A DNA stretch of 64,000 nt from Acetobacteraceae bacterium (GCA_965213845.1 CBDCAI010000007.1:19818-83817), one strand, 5' to 3'. Shown: positions 18,941-30,799, counted from the stretch's first letter. The notes: a model not told the origin generated them from the letters alone. A program made the numbers and translations.

Positions 18941-19909
18941 ATGTCGAGGTTCCGCTTCCTGCTCTCCCGACTTCTCGCGGCAGGCATCGTGCTGGTGGCC
19001 ATGTCCTTCGTCATCTTCGCGCTGATCGGCCTGATGCCGGGCGACCCCGTGGCGCTGGAGACCATGGCAGACCCCGATATCACGCCCGCCGGCATCACAC
19101 GGCTGCGGCAGATCTACGGGGCCGACACGCCGCTGATCGAGCGCTACCGGCACTGGGCCGGCGCCGCGCTGCAAGGCGAGCTCGGCTTCTCGCGCACGCA
19201 GCACCGCCCGGTCATGGAGATCGTTCCGGCAGCGCTCGGCAACACCATCGTCCTCACCGGCACGGCATTCGCCTTGGCAACCGTGGTCGCCATCGCGCTC
19301 GGCACGCTCGCCGCCGTCCATTCCGGCAGCTGGCTGGACCGGATGATCGCCCTGCTGACCTATGTCGGCATCTCGATCCCCACCTTCTGGCTCGGCCTCA
19401 TGCTGATCTACCTGTTCGCCGTGCGGCTCGGCTGGCTGCCCGCGGGCGGGATGCCGCAGCCCACCGAGGGCGCGGGCGGCCGGATCGCGCACTTCGTCCT
19501 GCCGGTGCTGACGCTGGTGATCGTCGAGATCGGCGCACCCACGCGCTATGTCCGCGCCGCCATGCTGGAAGTGTTGAACCAGGACTACGTCCGGGCCGCC
19601 CACGCCAGGGGCTTGCCGCGGTGGCGCGTCATCCTGCGGCACGCGCTCCGGAACGCCATGATCCCCGTGACGACCATCATCGTGCTCGGGCTCGGTCACC
19701 TGTTCTCCGGTGCGCTGCTGACGGAGACGATCTTCGCCTGGCGCGGTATGGGCCGGCTGATCCTGGAGGCGGTGATGGACAACGACTACAACCTGGCCCT
19801 CGTCTGCCTGCTGTTCATCACCGCCACCGTCCTGGCGGCCAGCATCCTGACCGACGTCGCCTACAGCTGGCTCGACCCGCGCATCGCTTTGGACGATCGA
19901 CGCCGATGA
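18941..19909 (+). CDS. ABC transporter permease (DppB/OppB-like)
   Basis: ATG at 18941 (MSRFRFLLSRLLAAGIVLV). The EAA-loop region is YVRAAHARGLPRWRVILRHALRNA. The preceding ~920 aa of ORF 16178..19909 is an antisense artefact. Confidence 0.85.
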   Translation: MSRFRFLLSRLLAAGIVLVAMSFVIFALIGLMPGDPVALETMADPDITPAGITRLRQIYGADTPLIERYRHWAGAALQGELGFSRTQHRPVMEIVPAALGNTIVLTGTAFALATVVAIALGTLAAVHSGSWLDRMIALLTYVGISIPTFWLGLMLIYLFAVRLGWLPAGGMPQPTEGAGGRIAHFVLPVLTLVIVEIGAPTRYVRAAMLEVLNQDYVRAAHARGLPRWRVILRHALRNAMIPVTTIIVLGLGHLFSGALLTETIFAWRGMGRLILEAVMDNDYNLALVCLLFITATVLAASILTDVAYSWLDPRIALDDRRR

Positions 19910-20829
19910 ACCAGGCGCCGGCCTCGCTCCGGCAGCTGCGCTGGCGCCGGCTGCGGCGTGACCCCGCGGCGATGGCGGCGGCCGTTGCGCTGGCCCTGCT
20001 GTTCGCCGCGGTCCACAGCGTCGTCCCGCTGGAACGCTTTCTCGATGTGTCGGGCGTCGACGCCGACCTGCTGAGCCGCTTCGAACCTCCGACGACACAG
20101 CACCCGCTGGGGGCCGACAACCTCGGGCACGACGAACTGGCCCGGCTCCTGCGCGGCGGGCAGACCTCGTTGGCCATCGGCGTCATGGGCGCGCTGGGCG
20201 CAAGCCTCATCGGCACGCTCGTCGGCGCCGTCAGCGGCTACGCCCGAGGCCGCACCGACATGCTGCTGATGCGCTTCACCGACTTCCTCAGCGCCCTGCC
20301 GCATCTGCCGATCCTGATCATCCTCGGCGCCCTGGACCTCGGAAAGCTCGGGTTCCACGACGACGTCATCCGCTCCGGCGCCGCGGCCTATTGGCGGATC
20401 GTGGCGATCGTGGTCCTGCTCGGCTGGACCGGCGTGGCACGCCTGGTGCGCGCCGGGACGATGGCGCTGGCCGAACGCGAGTTCGTGCTGGCCGCCCGCG
20501 CGATCGGGGCACCCGGCTGGCGCATCCTGTTCGTCCATATCCTGCCGAACACCATCACGCCCGTGCTGGTGGCCACCACCATCAGCATGGGGCACGTGAT
20601 CCTGGCGGAATCGGGCCTGTCGTTCCTGGGCCTCGGCATCCAGGCGCCAGCCACCAGCTGGGGCAGCATGCTGAGCGACGCACAATCCCTGTTCAGCCAG
20701 GCCCCGCTCCTCGCCATCCTGCCCGGCGCCCTGATCCTGGTCACCGTCGTCGCCGTTAACGCGCTGGGGGACGGGCTGCAGGCCGTCCTCGACCCGCAGG
20801 GCGGCACCGAGCGCCCGGCCGCGCGATAG
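19906..20829 (+). CDS. ABC transporter permease (DppC/OppC-like)
   Basis: ATGA overlap with the upstream permease. The EAA-loop region is FVLAARAIGAPGWRILFVHILPN. No ATPase gene follows. Confidence 0.85.
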   Translation: MNQAPASLRQLRWRRLRRDPAAMAAAVALALLFAAVHSVVPLERFLDVSGVDADLLSRFEPPTTQHPLGADNLGHDELARLLRGGQTSLAIGVMGALGASLIGTLVGAVSGYARGRTDMLLMRFTDFLSALPHLPILIILGALDLGKLGFHDDVIRSGAAAYWRIVAIVVLLGWTGVARLVRAGTMALAEREFVLAARAIGAPGWRILFVHILPNTITPVLVATTISMGHVILAESGLSFLGLGIQAPATSWGSMLSDAQSLFSQAPLLAILPGALILVTVVAVNALGDGLQAVLDPQGGTERPAAR

Positions 20830-20964
20830 GCGTGCCGCGGGCACCGAATTGCGATTGACCTGCGGCGCACGCGGGGCGAAGGCATTCGGAAACAGGGAGA
20901 TCGCAACCGCCATGACTCAGATCGCCGACGCAACCACCGTCCTGAGCCCCCGCCGGTCGGCCCG

Positions 20965-21726
20965 ATGACGCTGTTCGATCTCGGTGGCCGCACCGCGCTG
21001 GTGACCGGCGCCTCCCGCGGGTTGGGCCGGGCGATGGCCGAGGGGCTGGCGGTGGCGGGCGCCCGCGTGGTGCTGAACGGCTCGGATGCGGGGCGGCTGG
21101 CCGAGGCGGCCGGGGCGATGCGGGCGGCAGGCCACACGGTGCTGGAGGCGCGGTTCGACGTGACGGACGAGGCCGCGGTGGTGGCGGCCTTCGCCGCGTT
21201 GGACGCGCAGGGGGTCGAGGTCGACATCCTGGTCAACAATGCCGGGATCCAGTTCCGCAAACCGATGATCGAGCTGGAGACGGCCGATTGGCGCCGGGTG
21301 ATCGAGACGAACCTCACCAGCGCCTTCGTCATCGGGCGCGAGTCGGCGCGGCGCATGATCCCGCGCAAGCGGGGCAAGATCGTCAACATCGGCTCGTTGA
21401 CCAGCGCGCTGGCCCGGGCGACGGTCGCGCCTTACACCGTGGCCAAGGGCGGCATCAAGATGCTGACCCAGGCCATGGCTGCGGAATGGGCGGTGCACGG
21501 CATCCAGGCCAACGCGATCGGGCCGGGCTACATGCTGACGGACATGAACGAGGCCCTGGTCAACGACCCGGCCTTCGACGCCTGGGTCAAGGGCCGCACG
21601 CCCTCGCGCCGCTGGGGCCGGCCGGACGAGCTGGTGGGCACCGCGGTCTTCCTCGCCTCCGCCGCCTCCGACTACGTCAACGGGCAGATCATCTACGTCG
21701 ATGGCGGCATGCTGGCCGTGCTCTAG
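20965..21726 (+). CDS. SDR family oxidoreductase, gluconate 5-dehydrogenase (5-keto-D-gluconate reductase)-like
   Basis: TGASRGLG cofactor motif, NNAG, and catalytic YTVAKGG (YxxxK). The overall sequence resembles Gno/IdnO. Confidence 0.75.
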   Translation: MTLFDLGGRTALVTGASRGLGRAMAEGLAVAGARVVLNGSDAGRLAEAAGAMRAAGHTVLEARFDVTDEAAVVAAFAALDAQGVEVDILVNNAGIQFRKPMIELETADWRRVIETNLTSAFVIGRESARRMIPRKRGKIVNIGSLTSALARATVAPYTVAKGGIKMLTQAMAAEWAVHGIQANAIGPGYMLTDMNEALVNDPAFDAWVKGRTPSRRWGRPDELVGTAVFLASAASDYVNGQIIYVDGGMLAVL

Positions 21727-22955
21727 CGCCCCGCCCGACGTCTTGCGAACCGAGCCCGGGCGGCCGCGAACACATCGAGCTGCCCCTGGCTCGTCGCATC
21801 CCAGCTGAACGCCTCGGCATAGCGGCGCACGGCCGCCCGGTCGGGGGGATCGGCCCAGAGCGCCTGGACGGCCGCGGCGAAGCCTTCAGCCGTGTTCTCG
21901 CCCACGATCAGCCCGGCGTCCCGGCCCTGCACCACCTCGGGGTTGCCCGGGATGTCGCTCGCCACCACAGGCGTCCCGCAGGCCATCGCCTCCAGCAGGA
22001 CGTTGGCCCAGCCTTCGCGGGATGAGGCCAGCACCAGCAGGTCGGCCGCGCCATAGAAGCGGCCCAGCGCCGCATGCGGCTGCGAACCCATCAGGCGCAC
22101 GCGGGACCCCACGCCCAACCTGGCCGCCAGCGCCTCCAGCCCGGCGCGCTCCGGCCCCTCGCCCAGGATCAGCAATTGCCAGCCCGGGAGAAACGGCAGC
22201 GCCGCAATGGCGTGGTGATGACCCTTGCGCTCGATCAGGTGCCCGACCGACAGCAGCGTCGGCCCCTCCAGGCCCAGCTCCGCCCGCATCCCTGCCCGCG
22301 CCGCCGCGTCGGCCGGCGGCTGGAACTGCACGAGATCCACGCCGTTCCGCAGCACCGTGATGCGGTCGGGCTCGGCCCCCAGCGCCACCATCGCCCGCTT
22401 CAACCCGGCGCTGACGGAGATCATGGCGTCCGCCCCCGCCATCGCGCCCTGGATCATGCGCCGGGGTGCCGCGAAATCCGGCAGCTGCGTCACGTCGGAC
22501 CCCCGGGCGGTCATCACGACCGGCAACCCGAAGCGGCGCCCGAGCGCCACGGCGACGACCCCGTCGGGATAGAGGTAGTGCCCGTCGATCAGGTCCACCC
22601 CGAGCCCGCCGCGGATCATGCGGCCGAGTGCCCGACTTGCCGCGGCATACAGGAGCCGGGGCGCGACCGACATGCCGACCCGGGGGATCACGGCATAGCG
22701 CGGGTGCAGCACGCGCAACCCGTGCCGCGTCTCCTCCGGCGCCGCCAGGGCGAAGCGGGCCCAGGGCCCGAAGCGCGGGTTCACGCTGGGGAACCACGGC
22801 ACCGGCGCCAGCACGGTCGCGGACACCCGGCCGGTCCCGACCAGATGCCGCAGCCGGTTCTCGACGAAGACCCCCTGATTCGGCATCCCCGCATGCGGAT
22901 AGAGCGTGGTGAACGTCAGCACCCGCAACGGTGCGTCCGCCGCAATCGCCGTCAC
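21723..22955 (-). CDS. glycosyltransferase family 4 (GT-B fold)
   Basis: GTG start 13 nt after the prsT stop. The C-terminal EGWANVLLEAMACGTPVVASD (E-x7-E region) is typical of GT4. Confidence 0.8.
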   Translation of the reverse strand: MTAIAADAPLRVLTFTTLYPHAGMPNQGVFVENRLRHLVGTGRVSATVLAPVPWFPSVNPRFGPWARFALAAPEETRHGLRVLHPRYAVIPRVGMSVAPRLLYAAASRALGRMIRGGLGVDLIDGHYLYPDGVVAVALGRRFGLPVVMTARGSDVTQLPDFAAPRRMIQGAMAGADAMISVSAGLKRAMVALGAEPDRITVLRNGVDLVQFQPPADAAARAGMRAELGLEGPTLLSVGHLIERKGHHHAIAALPFLPGWQLLILGEGPERAGLEALAARLGVGSRVRLMGSQPHAALGRFYGAADLLVLASSREGWANVLLEAMACGTPVVASDIPGNPEVVQGRDAGLIVGENTAEGFAAAVQALWADPPDRAAVRRYAEAFSWDATSQGQLDVFAAARARFARRRAGR

Positions 22956-22968
22956 CAGCCCGGGCCGG

Positions 22969-25748
22969 CTACGGCTTCGTCGTCAACTCGGTCAGCAGCT
23001 TGCGGGCGGCCGGCTTGTCGTCGAAGTCCGCCGGGTTGGCGACGATGGCCTGCAGGATCTTCGTCGCATCCTCCGGCTTGCCGTTGTCCTTCAACGCGAC
23101 GGCCAGGTGATACTTGACCGAGGCATCGTCCGGGCGCTGGGCACTCGCCTGCGACAGCAGCGACAGGCCGGATTTCGCCTCGCCCTGGCTGAGCATGATC
23201 CAGCCCAGCGTGTCGGCCGTCTCGGGCGTGGGCGACTGTAGATAAGCACGCTGGGCCAACGGCCGGGCGCGCACGTCGCCCCGGCGCTGATACAGCCAGG
23301 CCATGTTGTTCAGCGCCACCGTGTCGCTGGGCCGCTTGGCCAGCACGACGACCAGGTTCTTCTCGGCATCCGGATAGCGCTTGGCACGAATGTCGAGCAG
23401 GCCCAGCATCTGCGACAGGTCCGCGTCCTCCGGCATCCGCTTCAGCGCGTCGCGCAGCACGTTCGCCGCGTCGTCGTCCTTGTTGGCCGACGCATAGGCG
23501 TTCGACAGGCGCAGGGCCAACGGCGTGCTGGGGGTCAGCCGGTATTCCTCCTGGAACGCCTGTGCCGCGTCGGCATAGCGGCTGGCCCGCATGAGCGCGT
23601 CGCCTTTCAGCACCGTGGAGTTCGGCAGGTTCGCGGTGTTGCGGCGCAGGTCGTCGGCCATCCGCAACGCGCCATCGAGGCCGGACGTCTGGGATTCGAG
23701 CGTCACCATGGCCGACATCACGCCGATATTGCCCGGCGAGTTGGTCAGCGCATCCTTCAACGAGGCCTTCGCGGCGTCGGTGTCCTTCATCCGCAGCAGC
23801 AGGTCGACCTGGCCGCGGCGGGCATCGAGGTCCGTGGGCGTCGCCGTCAGGATGTCGCGATAGGTGCGCCGCGCCTCGTCGTTCAGCCCGGCCGCGGCCT
23901 GTGCCCGGGCCATCGCCCCGAGCAGAACCGGCGGCAACTCCTCGGAGTCACGCATGGCCTGCAGCATCGCCACCGAGCGTCGCGGATCGCCGGAGCGGAC
24001 GATCAGGTCGGACATCATGGCGGTGAAGGCCTTGTTCGCCGGGGCGGCCGCCCGGGCCGCCTCGACCGCCTGGATCGCCGGCCCGACCTGGTTGTCGCCC
24101 GACAGCAGCTGCAGGTAGGTGTTCAGCGTGGCGATGTTGGCCGGGTCCTTGGCCAGGATCTCCCGCAGCAGCGCGGTGCCCTCGGCCTTGCGCGACTGCA
24201 GGATCAGCACCTTGGCGAGGTTGAGCTTGGCGTTGATCGAGCCGGGATACTGCTTGAGCGTCTCGGCGAAGGCGGCCCGGCCGCCCTCGAGGTCGAGCCG
24301 GCCGAGGCGGATCATGCCGGTCAGCAGACCCACCTGCTCGGACTGGCCCGCCTGGGCCCGCAGCTTGGCCAACGAGGCGTCGGCCTTGTCGAGGTCGCCG
24401 GCGCTGAGGGCCGCGGCCACCAGGCTTTCGGCCGCGTTCGGCTGCGACGGCGCGATGTCGACGGACTTCTGGAGCGTGATCTCGGCATTCGCCGGGTCGC
24501 CCTGCTGCATCTGCGACGAGGCGAGGTGCGTCAGGATCTGCGCGTCCTCGGGCGCCAGGTCGACAGCCTTCTGCAGCGTCTTCACCGCCTCGGGCGCCTT
24601 GCCCATCAACGCATAGGCCCGCCCCAGCAGATCGAGCGTCTGGCTGTCGTTCTGGCCTTCGGACACCGCCTTGGTCAGCACCGTCACCGCCGCGTCCGCC
24701 CGCTGCGCCGTCAGCTGCGTCCGCGCGAGCAGGCGCACCCCGTCGGAATCGCCCGGCATCCGCGCGACATACCGGTTGGCGTAGTCGATCGCCTGCTCCG
24801 TCTGTCCCAGGTTGGCCGCCACCAGCGCCTGGAAGTACAGCGCCCGCGGGAACCGGGCGATGACCGGCCCCAGCTTGGTCAGCTCCGTCCCGGCCTCGGC
24901 ATAGCGCCCGGCCCGGACCATCAGGACCGCGTTGATGTAGGTCGCGCCGGCGTTGCGCGGCTGCGCCTTGAGCACGGAGTTCACGTCCTCCTGCGCCTTC
25001 TGGTCGTTGCCGGCCAGGATTAGCTGGTTCGCCCGGTCGAGGCGGGCCGAGGCGGACTCAGGCGACAGCGCGACGACCTTGTCGGCGATCTCCATCGCCG
25101 CGGCCCGGTCCCCCTTGGCCAGGACGATCTGCCCCTTCATCAGCAATCCCTCGATCGCCTTGGGATCGATCTGCAGCGCCTGGTCGACCTTCTGCTCGGC
25201 CAGCGCCGTGTCTTTCAGCGCCAGCGCCAGGCGCGACGCGGTCAGCAGCACCTCCACGTTGCCCGGTGCCGCCTTCTCCGCCGCCGCCAGGGTCGTCTTG
25301 GCCCCGTCGATGTCGTTCAACGCCACCTGCGCCATGGCGCGCAGCATCAGGTTCTTCGCCGCGATCTCAGGCTTCGGCCCGTCGGGCGGAACCTCGGTCA
25401 AAACGTCCTTGTAGCGGCCCTGCGCGATGTAGGCCTGCCCCAGCTGCGGCAGGATCGCCCAGCGGTCGCCCCCCAGGTCCCGCGCCGTCTTCAGCTCCTT
25501 CTCGCCCGCGACGGGGTCGCCGAGCTGCATCTGCAGCAGACCCAGCCGGAGATGGGCGTCCGCGCTGTCCGGGCTCTGCCGCACGGCGTTGCGCAGCTCG
25601 ATCTGGGCGCCGCGCAGGTCGCCCTTCTGGGACAGCGCCTGGGCTGCCTTCAGCGGGTCCGTGCTGCGCAGCAGGAACCAGCCGCCGGCGGCCGCCACGG
25701 CCACGCCCGCAACGACCACGACAGGGATGATCGCCTTCTGGTTCTTCT

Positions 25749-25752
<4 letters not shown>
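22969..25752 (-). CDS. prsT: PEP-CTERM system TPR-repeat protein PrsT
   Basis: 927 aa built almost entirely of TPR repeats after an N-terminal membrane anchor (MKKNQKAIIPVVVVAGVAVAAAGGWFLL). ATGA overlap with prsR. Position after prsK-prsR matches the PrsT family. Confidence 0.8.
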
Positions 25753-27206
<1,454 letters not shown>

Positions 27207-27210
27207 CGCC

Positions 27211-29322
27211 CTACGGCTCCGCGCCGGACAGGATCGGGGTGCGCGCGGCCTGGACCTGCAGGGCCCGGATGTCGGTCCGCGGCAGCTGCAGTCGCATCGT
27301 CGTGCCGCGGCCGGGCTCGCTGGCCACCGTCAACTCCCCGCCCGCCGTTCGGATCAGCTGCCGCGCCTGGTAGGCCCCGATCCCCGAACCCCCGCTTTTC
27401 GACGTGCTGAACGGCTGGAACAGCTTGTCGCGCAGGAACTCGGGCTCCATGCCCGGACCGCTGTCCACGATCTCGACGACCACCTGGTTCACTTCGTGCC
27501 TGACCCGCATCACCACCCTTTGTCCGGCCGAGGCTTCCACGGCGTTGTTCAGAAGATGGGTGACCGCGGTCTCGAATGCATCATGCCCCATGGAGATGCT
27601 GGCCGTCGATCCGTCATGCTCCAGCACCAGCTGCGCCTTGCGGACCCGCTGGTAGGTCCGCACCAGCGCCTCCAGCAGCGGAAGCGGTGCGAGCGAGGTG
27701 GGCGCCAGGCTCGGCTCCGGCCGCTCCAGCCGTTGCAGCAGGTCGGTGATCTTGCGCACGGAGGCGCGCACGGTTTCCAGCATGTCCTTCTGAAACTCGG
27801 GGTTGGCCAGGTGGTGCTCGGCGTTCGACACCAGCAGCGCCAGCTGGCTCGAGACGTTCTTGATGTCGTGCGCGACGAAGGCGAACCTCTGGCTGTAGTC
27901 GTGCAGCTGGCGCGTCTGCAGCAGCGTCTGGGTCGCGCGCTGCTCGGCGATGAAGGTCGCGACCTCCTGGGCCACGATCCGCAGCAGGTCGAACACCTCC
28001 TGCACCAGGTCGAAGGGCGCGCGCGGCGGGGCCGTCACCACGAAGCCGATCAGCATGCCCCGGTGCACCAGCGGCACCGCGAGCCAGACCGGCCCGACGC
28101 CGTCCAGCGGGGCCGTGCGCAAGGCGGCGCGTTCCGGGCCGTCCAGGCGCGGGACCCATGCGCCGTCCTGCAGGGCCTCGACCAGCGGGTGAACGGCCGG
28201 GACCGCCTCCGTCGCAGGCAGGTTCCACGAGCCGGCCCAGGAGAACGGCCCGACCCCCAGGCGCGCATCCGCCGCCTCGCGCAGGAACAGGATGCCGGCC
28301 GAGCTGTCCACCACCGAGACCACCGTCCGGATCGCCCGCATGGCGAGCGCGCTCTGCAGGTCGCCGTCGTCGCCCGACAGCATGCGGATGCAGGCCTGCC
28401 ATTGCCGGCGATAGTCGAAGCGTTCGGCGAAGAAGTGGTCGACCACCAGGCGCTGGAAGCGCGACCGTGCGGAGCCCGACGTGACCAGAAGCGCCAGGGC
28501 CATCAATGCCGCGAAGGCGAGGCTGACCTCGGCGAGCCACCCCCATTCGCCCCCCAGATGGCGGAACACCTCGCCGGCGGAGCCCAGCGCCAGCAGCACG
28601 CCGCCGCTGAGAACGAGCGTCGCGCTGTGGAACACCGCCGTGCGGGACAGCTTCACCTTGCCCCGCCAGCGCTGGCCGCGCACGCCCGCCACCATCAGCA
28701 GCGGCGCCACCATGATCATCACGAGCGTCCGTGCGCCCTCCAGCGCGCCGCTGGGCTGGTGGAACAGCACCAGCTCCGCGCACAGCAGGATATCGAAGCA
28801 CGCCAGGCCGCCGAGCAGGACGGACGGCAAGGCGACGTGCCACCGCGCATGGTCGGGCAGGTTGAGGTAAAGGTTCTCGATCAGCAGCAGCTCGGCCACG
28901 GCCAGGGTCAGCCGGGCCATGATGGCCAGGGAAAATGCCGAGCCCGGCAGGTGCACCGACTGGTCGACCAGGAACGATGACACCCCGACGCCTGCCGCCA
29001 CCAGGGCGGCCAGCGCGAAGCCCGCCTCGTGCCCGGGGCGGCCGAGCCTCGCGTCGTGATAAAGATAGAATACGAACCCGTACCAGGCGAGCGCGCGCAC
29101 CAGGTCGGCACCGCCCTGGACGCCGCCGCCCCAGACCCCGCTCGGCATCGCACCGCTGGGACCGGGCCCCGCGACCATGACGATGACGGCCCAGGCGGCG
29201 GTGACCAGGCAGCAGAAGGCGAGCAGCATCGGCGCCACCCGCCGGCTGGCCCAGGCGATCCAGACCCCGATCCCGGCATACAGGACGGCGCAGCAGCTGA
29301 CGAGGAACTGGCCAGCCGTCAT
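27211..29322 (-). CDS. prsK: PEP-CTERM system sensor histidine kinase PrsK
   Basis: ~300-aa polytopic N-terminus, GAF-like region, H-box (FAFVAHDIKN) and HATPase motifs (LLNNAVEA, DSGPGM, GGSGIGAY). Located 4 nt upstream of prsR. Confidence 0.8.
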   Translation of the reverse strand: MTAGQFLVSCCAVLYAGIGVWIAWASRRVAPMLLAFCCLVTAAWAVIVMVAGPGPSGAMPSGVWGGGVQGGADLVRALAWYGFVFYLYHDARLGRPGHEAGFALAALVAAGVGVSSFLVDQSVHLPGSAFSLAIMARLTLAVAELLLIENLYLNLPDHARWHVALPSVLLGGLACFDILLCAELVLFHQPSGALEGARTLVMIMVAPLLMVAGVRGQRWRGKVKLSRTAVFHSATLVLSGGVLLALGSAGEVFRHLGGEWGWLAEVSLAFAALMALALLVTSGSARSRFQRLVVDHFFAERFDYRRQWQACIRMLSGDDGDLQSALAMRAIRTVVSVVDSSAGILFLREAADARLGVGPFSWAGSWNLPATEAVPAVHPLVEALQDGAWVPRLDGPERAALRTAPLDGVGPVWLAVPLVHRGMLIGFVVTAPPRAPFDLVQEVFDLLRIVAQEVATFIAEQRATQTLLQTRQLHDYSQRFAFVAHDIKNVSSQLALLVSNAEHHLANPEFQKDMLETVRASVRKITDLLQRLERPEPSLAPTSLAPLPLLEALVRTYQRVRKAQLVLEHDGSTASISMGHDAFETAVTHLLNNAVEASAGQRVVMRVRHEVNQVVVEIVDSGPGMEPEFLRDKLFQPFSTSKSGGSGIGAYQARQLIRTAGGELTVASEPGRGTTMRLQLPRTDIRALQVQAARTPILSGAEP

Positions 29323-29337
29323 GGCCGGGTCCGCGAC

Positions 29338-29353
29338 GGCGACGGGCGTGCCA
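29338..29353 (-). promoter_or_regulatory. weak candidate sigma-54 -24/-12 element upstream of prsK
   Basis: The minus strand reads TGGCAC-GCCCG-TCGC with correct GG-N10-GC spacing. The GC lies only 16 nt before the prsK ATG, leaving an almost leaderless mRNA. Confidence 0.2.
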
Positions 29354-29404
29354 CCCGACGCAGCGGCCGCAGGGTGACGGGGGCCCCGGCGGGCCGGGTC
29401 ACCG

Positions 29405-30757
29405 CTACCGGGCCCCTTCCTGGAACAGGATCACCCGCACGGTCGCGAACAGGATCAGCAGGTCCAGGAGGGGGCTGCGGTTCTTCACGTAGAACAGGTC
29501 GTAGGACAGCTTGGCCCGCGCATCCTCGACGGAGGCGCCATAGGGGTAGTTGACCTGCGCCCAGCCGGTCAGGCCGGGCTTCACCCGGGCCCGTTCCCGG
29601 TAGTGCGGGATCGCGGCCGCCAGCTTCTCGACGAAATGCGGGCGCTCGGGGCGGGGCCCGATGAAGCTCATCTCGCCGCGCAGCACGTTGATCAACTGCG
29701 GGAGCTCGTCGATCCGGGTGCGCCGCATGAACGCGCCGACCCGGGTCACCCGGGGGTCGCGCGTTTGGGCCCAGGCCGGGCCCCGCGCCTCGGCATCCCT
29801 GCGCATGCTGCGGAACTTCAGAAGCACGAAGGACCGGCCGCCGAGCCCCACCCGTTCCTGCCGGTAGAGCACGGGTCCCGTGCTGTCGACCCGCACCAGC
29901 AGGGCGACCAGCAGCATCAAGGGCAGCGTGAACACCAGCAGCGCCAGGCTGATCCCGATGTCGCCGATGCGGTTGACCCAGGCACCCACGGGCAGCGGCA
30001 GGCTGGCGCGGCGGGCCGGGTTCGTGTCCAGCTCGTCGAACCAGGACTGCGTCAGATGATCGATGTCGACACGCCGCAGGTGGCGTTCCCAGAAGGCGGG
30101 CTCGGCTTCCACGTCGATGCCGGCCGCCTGGTAGGCCTCGAGCAGCGCCGGGTCGAGGGCGCGGTAGCTCTCGGCCGAGATCAACGCGTTGCGGACGCCC
30201 ATCGCGCGCAAGGCAGCCGGCGCAGTCTGGCCGCCGGGGGCTGCGACGACCTGCAGGAAGCCGTCGCGGCTGGCATGGATGGAGGCCACCGCCCCGGCGA
30301 CGAGCGCCGGCGGCCCGAGCACGACGACCGGGCGCACGAACAGGTTGGACCGGATGGCCAGGAGGAAGGCCATGCGCACGGCGAACAGGGCGGCGATCCA
30401 GACGATCAGGATCTTGGTGGGCCAGACCCGGTCATGCCCGACGATCCAGTCCTCGTTGATGCCCAGGGCGGAGCTGACCAGCCACGCCGCGGGGAACGCC
30501 AGCACGCCGCCGAGCGCGGTGTTGAGCAGCAGGCTGCGCACCCGCATGAAGGACTGGGGACGATAGAGGCCGAGCAGGAACGAGGTGAACCCGACACTGG
30601 CGGCGATGACGACGGATCGGTTGACGGCAGCCATGCTGAACGCCTCGGACGCGACGGGCGCGAGCACGATATAGGCCAACGAGAAGGACAGCAGCATCTC
30701 GAGCGACACGAGCGCGAGGATTTCTGGGGCGACGTGACGGTCGAAGAACCTCGGCAT
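29405..30757 (-). CDS. PEP-CTERM/exosortase-system-associated priming sugar transferase (polyprenyl glycosylphosphotransferase, EpsB_2-like)
   Basis: ATG at 30757 with a GAGGAT RBS. The N-terminus MPRFFDRHVAPEILAL matches the family's typical start. C-terminal bacterial sugar transferase domain (DELPQLINVLRGEMSFIGPRPERP, KPGLTGWAQV). Confidence 0.8.
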   Translation of the reverse strand: MPRFFDRHVAPEILALVSLEMLLSFSLAYIVLAPVASEAFSMAAVNRSVVIAASVGFTSFLLGLYRPQSFMRVRSLLLNTALGGVLAFPAAWLVSSALGINEDWIVGHDRVWPTKILIVWIAALFAVRMAFLLAIRSNLFVRPVVVLGPPALVAGAVASIHASRDGFLQVVAAPGGQTAPAALRAMGVRNALISAESYRALDPALLEAYQAAGIDVEAEPAFWERHLRRVDIDHLTQSWFDELDTNPARRASLPLPVGAWVNRIGDIGISLALLVFTLPLMLLVALLVRVDSTGPVLYRQERVGLGGRSFVLLKFRSMRRDAEARGPAWAQTRDPRVTRVGAFMRRTRIDELPQLINVLRGEMSFIGPRPERPHFVEKLAAAIPHYRERARVKPGLTGWAQVNYPYGASVEDARAKLSYDLFYVKNRSPLLDLLILFATVRVILFQEGAR

Positions 30758-30799
30758 CCCTATCCTCGAAGCCAATCCTGCGTTCACGGCGCCCGTCCG

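Noticed and set aside
16178-19909. Very long ORFs in alternative or antisense frames. Examples: 16178..19909 (+, 1243 aa), 55589..59617 (+, 1342 aa), 60207..63332 (+, 1041 aa), 880..2475 (-), 26902..28980 (+), 18881..20098 (-).
   Set aside because: They are the usual artefacts of a ~70% GC genome, where stop codons are rare. Their translations are Arg/Pro/Gly/Ala/His-rich with no recognisable domains, and they overlap well-supported genes on the other strand or frame. Only the family-matching C-terminal portions (permease from 18941, ligase from 57671) were kept.
20426-20441. TGGCACgcctgGTGC, a -24/-12-like match.
   Set aside because: It lies inside the DppC-like permease coding region with no downstream gene start. 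Chance occurrence in GC-rich coding DNA is expected.
21723-21726. The SDR and GT4 genes share a palindromic CTAG as overlapping convergent stop codons.
   Set aside because: It is real in the sequence, but it is most simply a compact gene boundary. I could not support any further functional implication.
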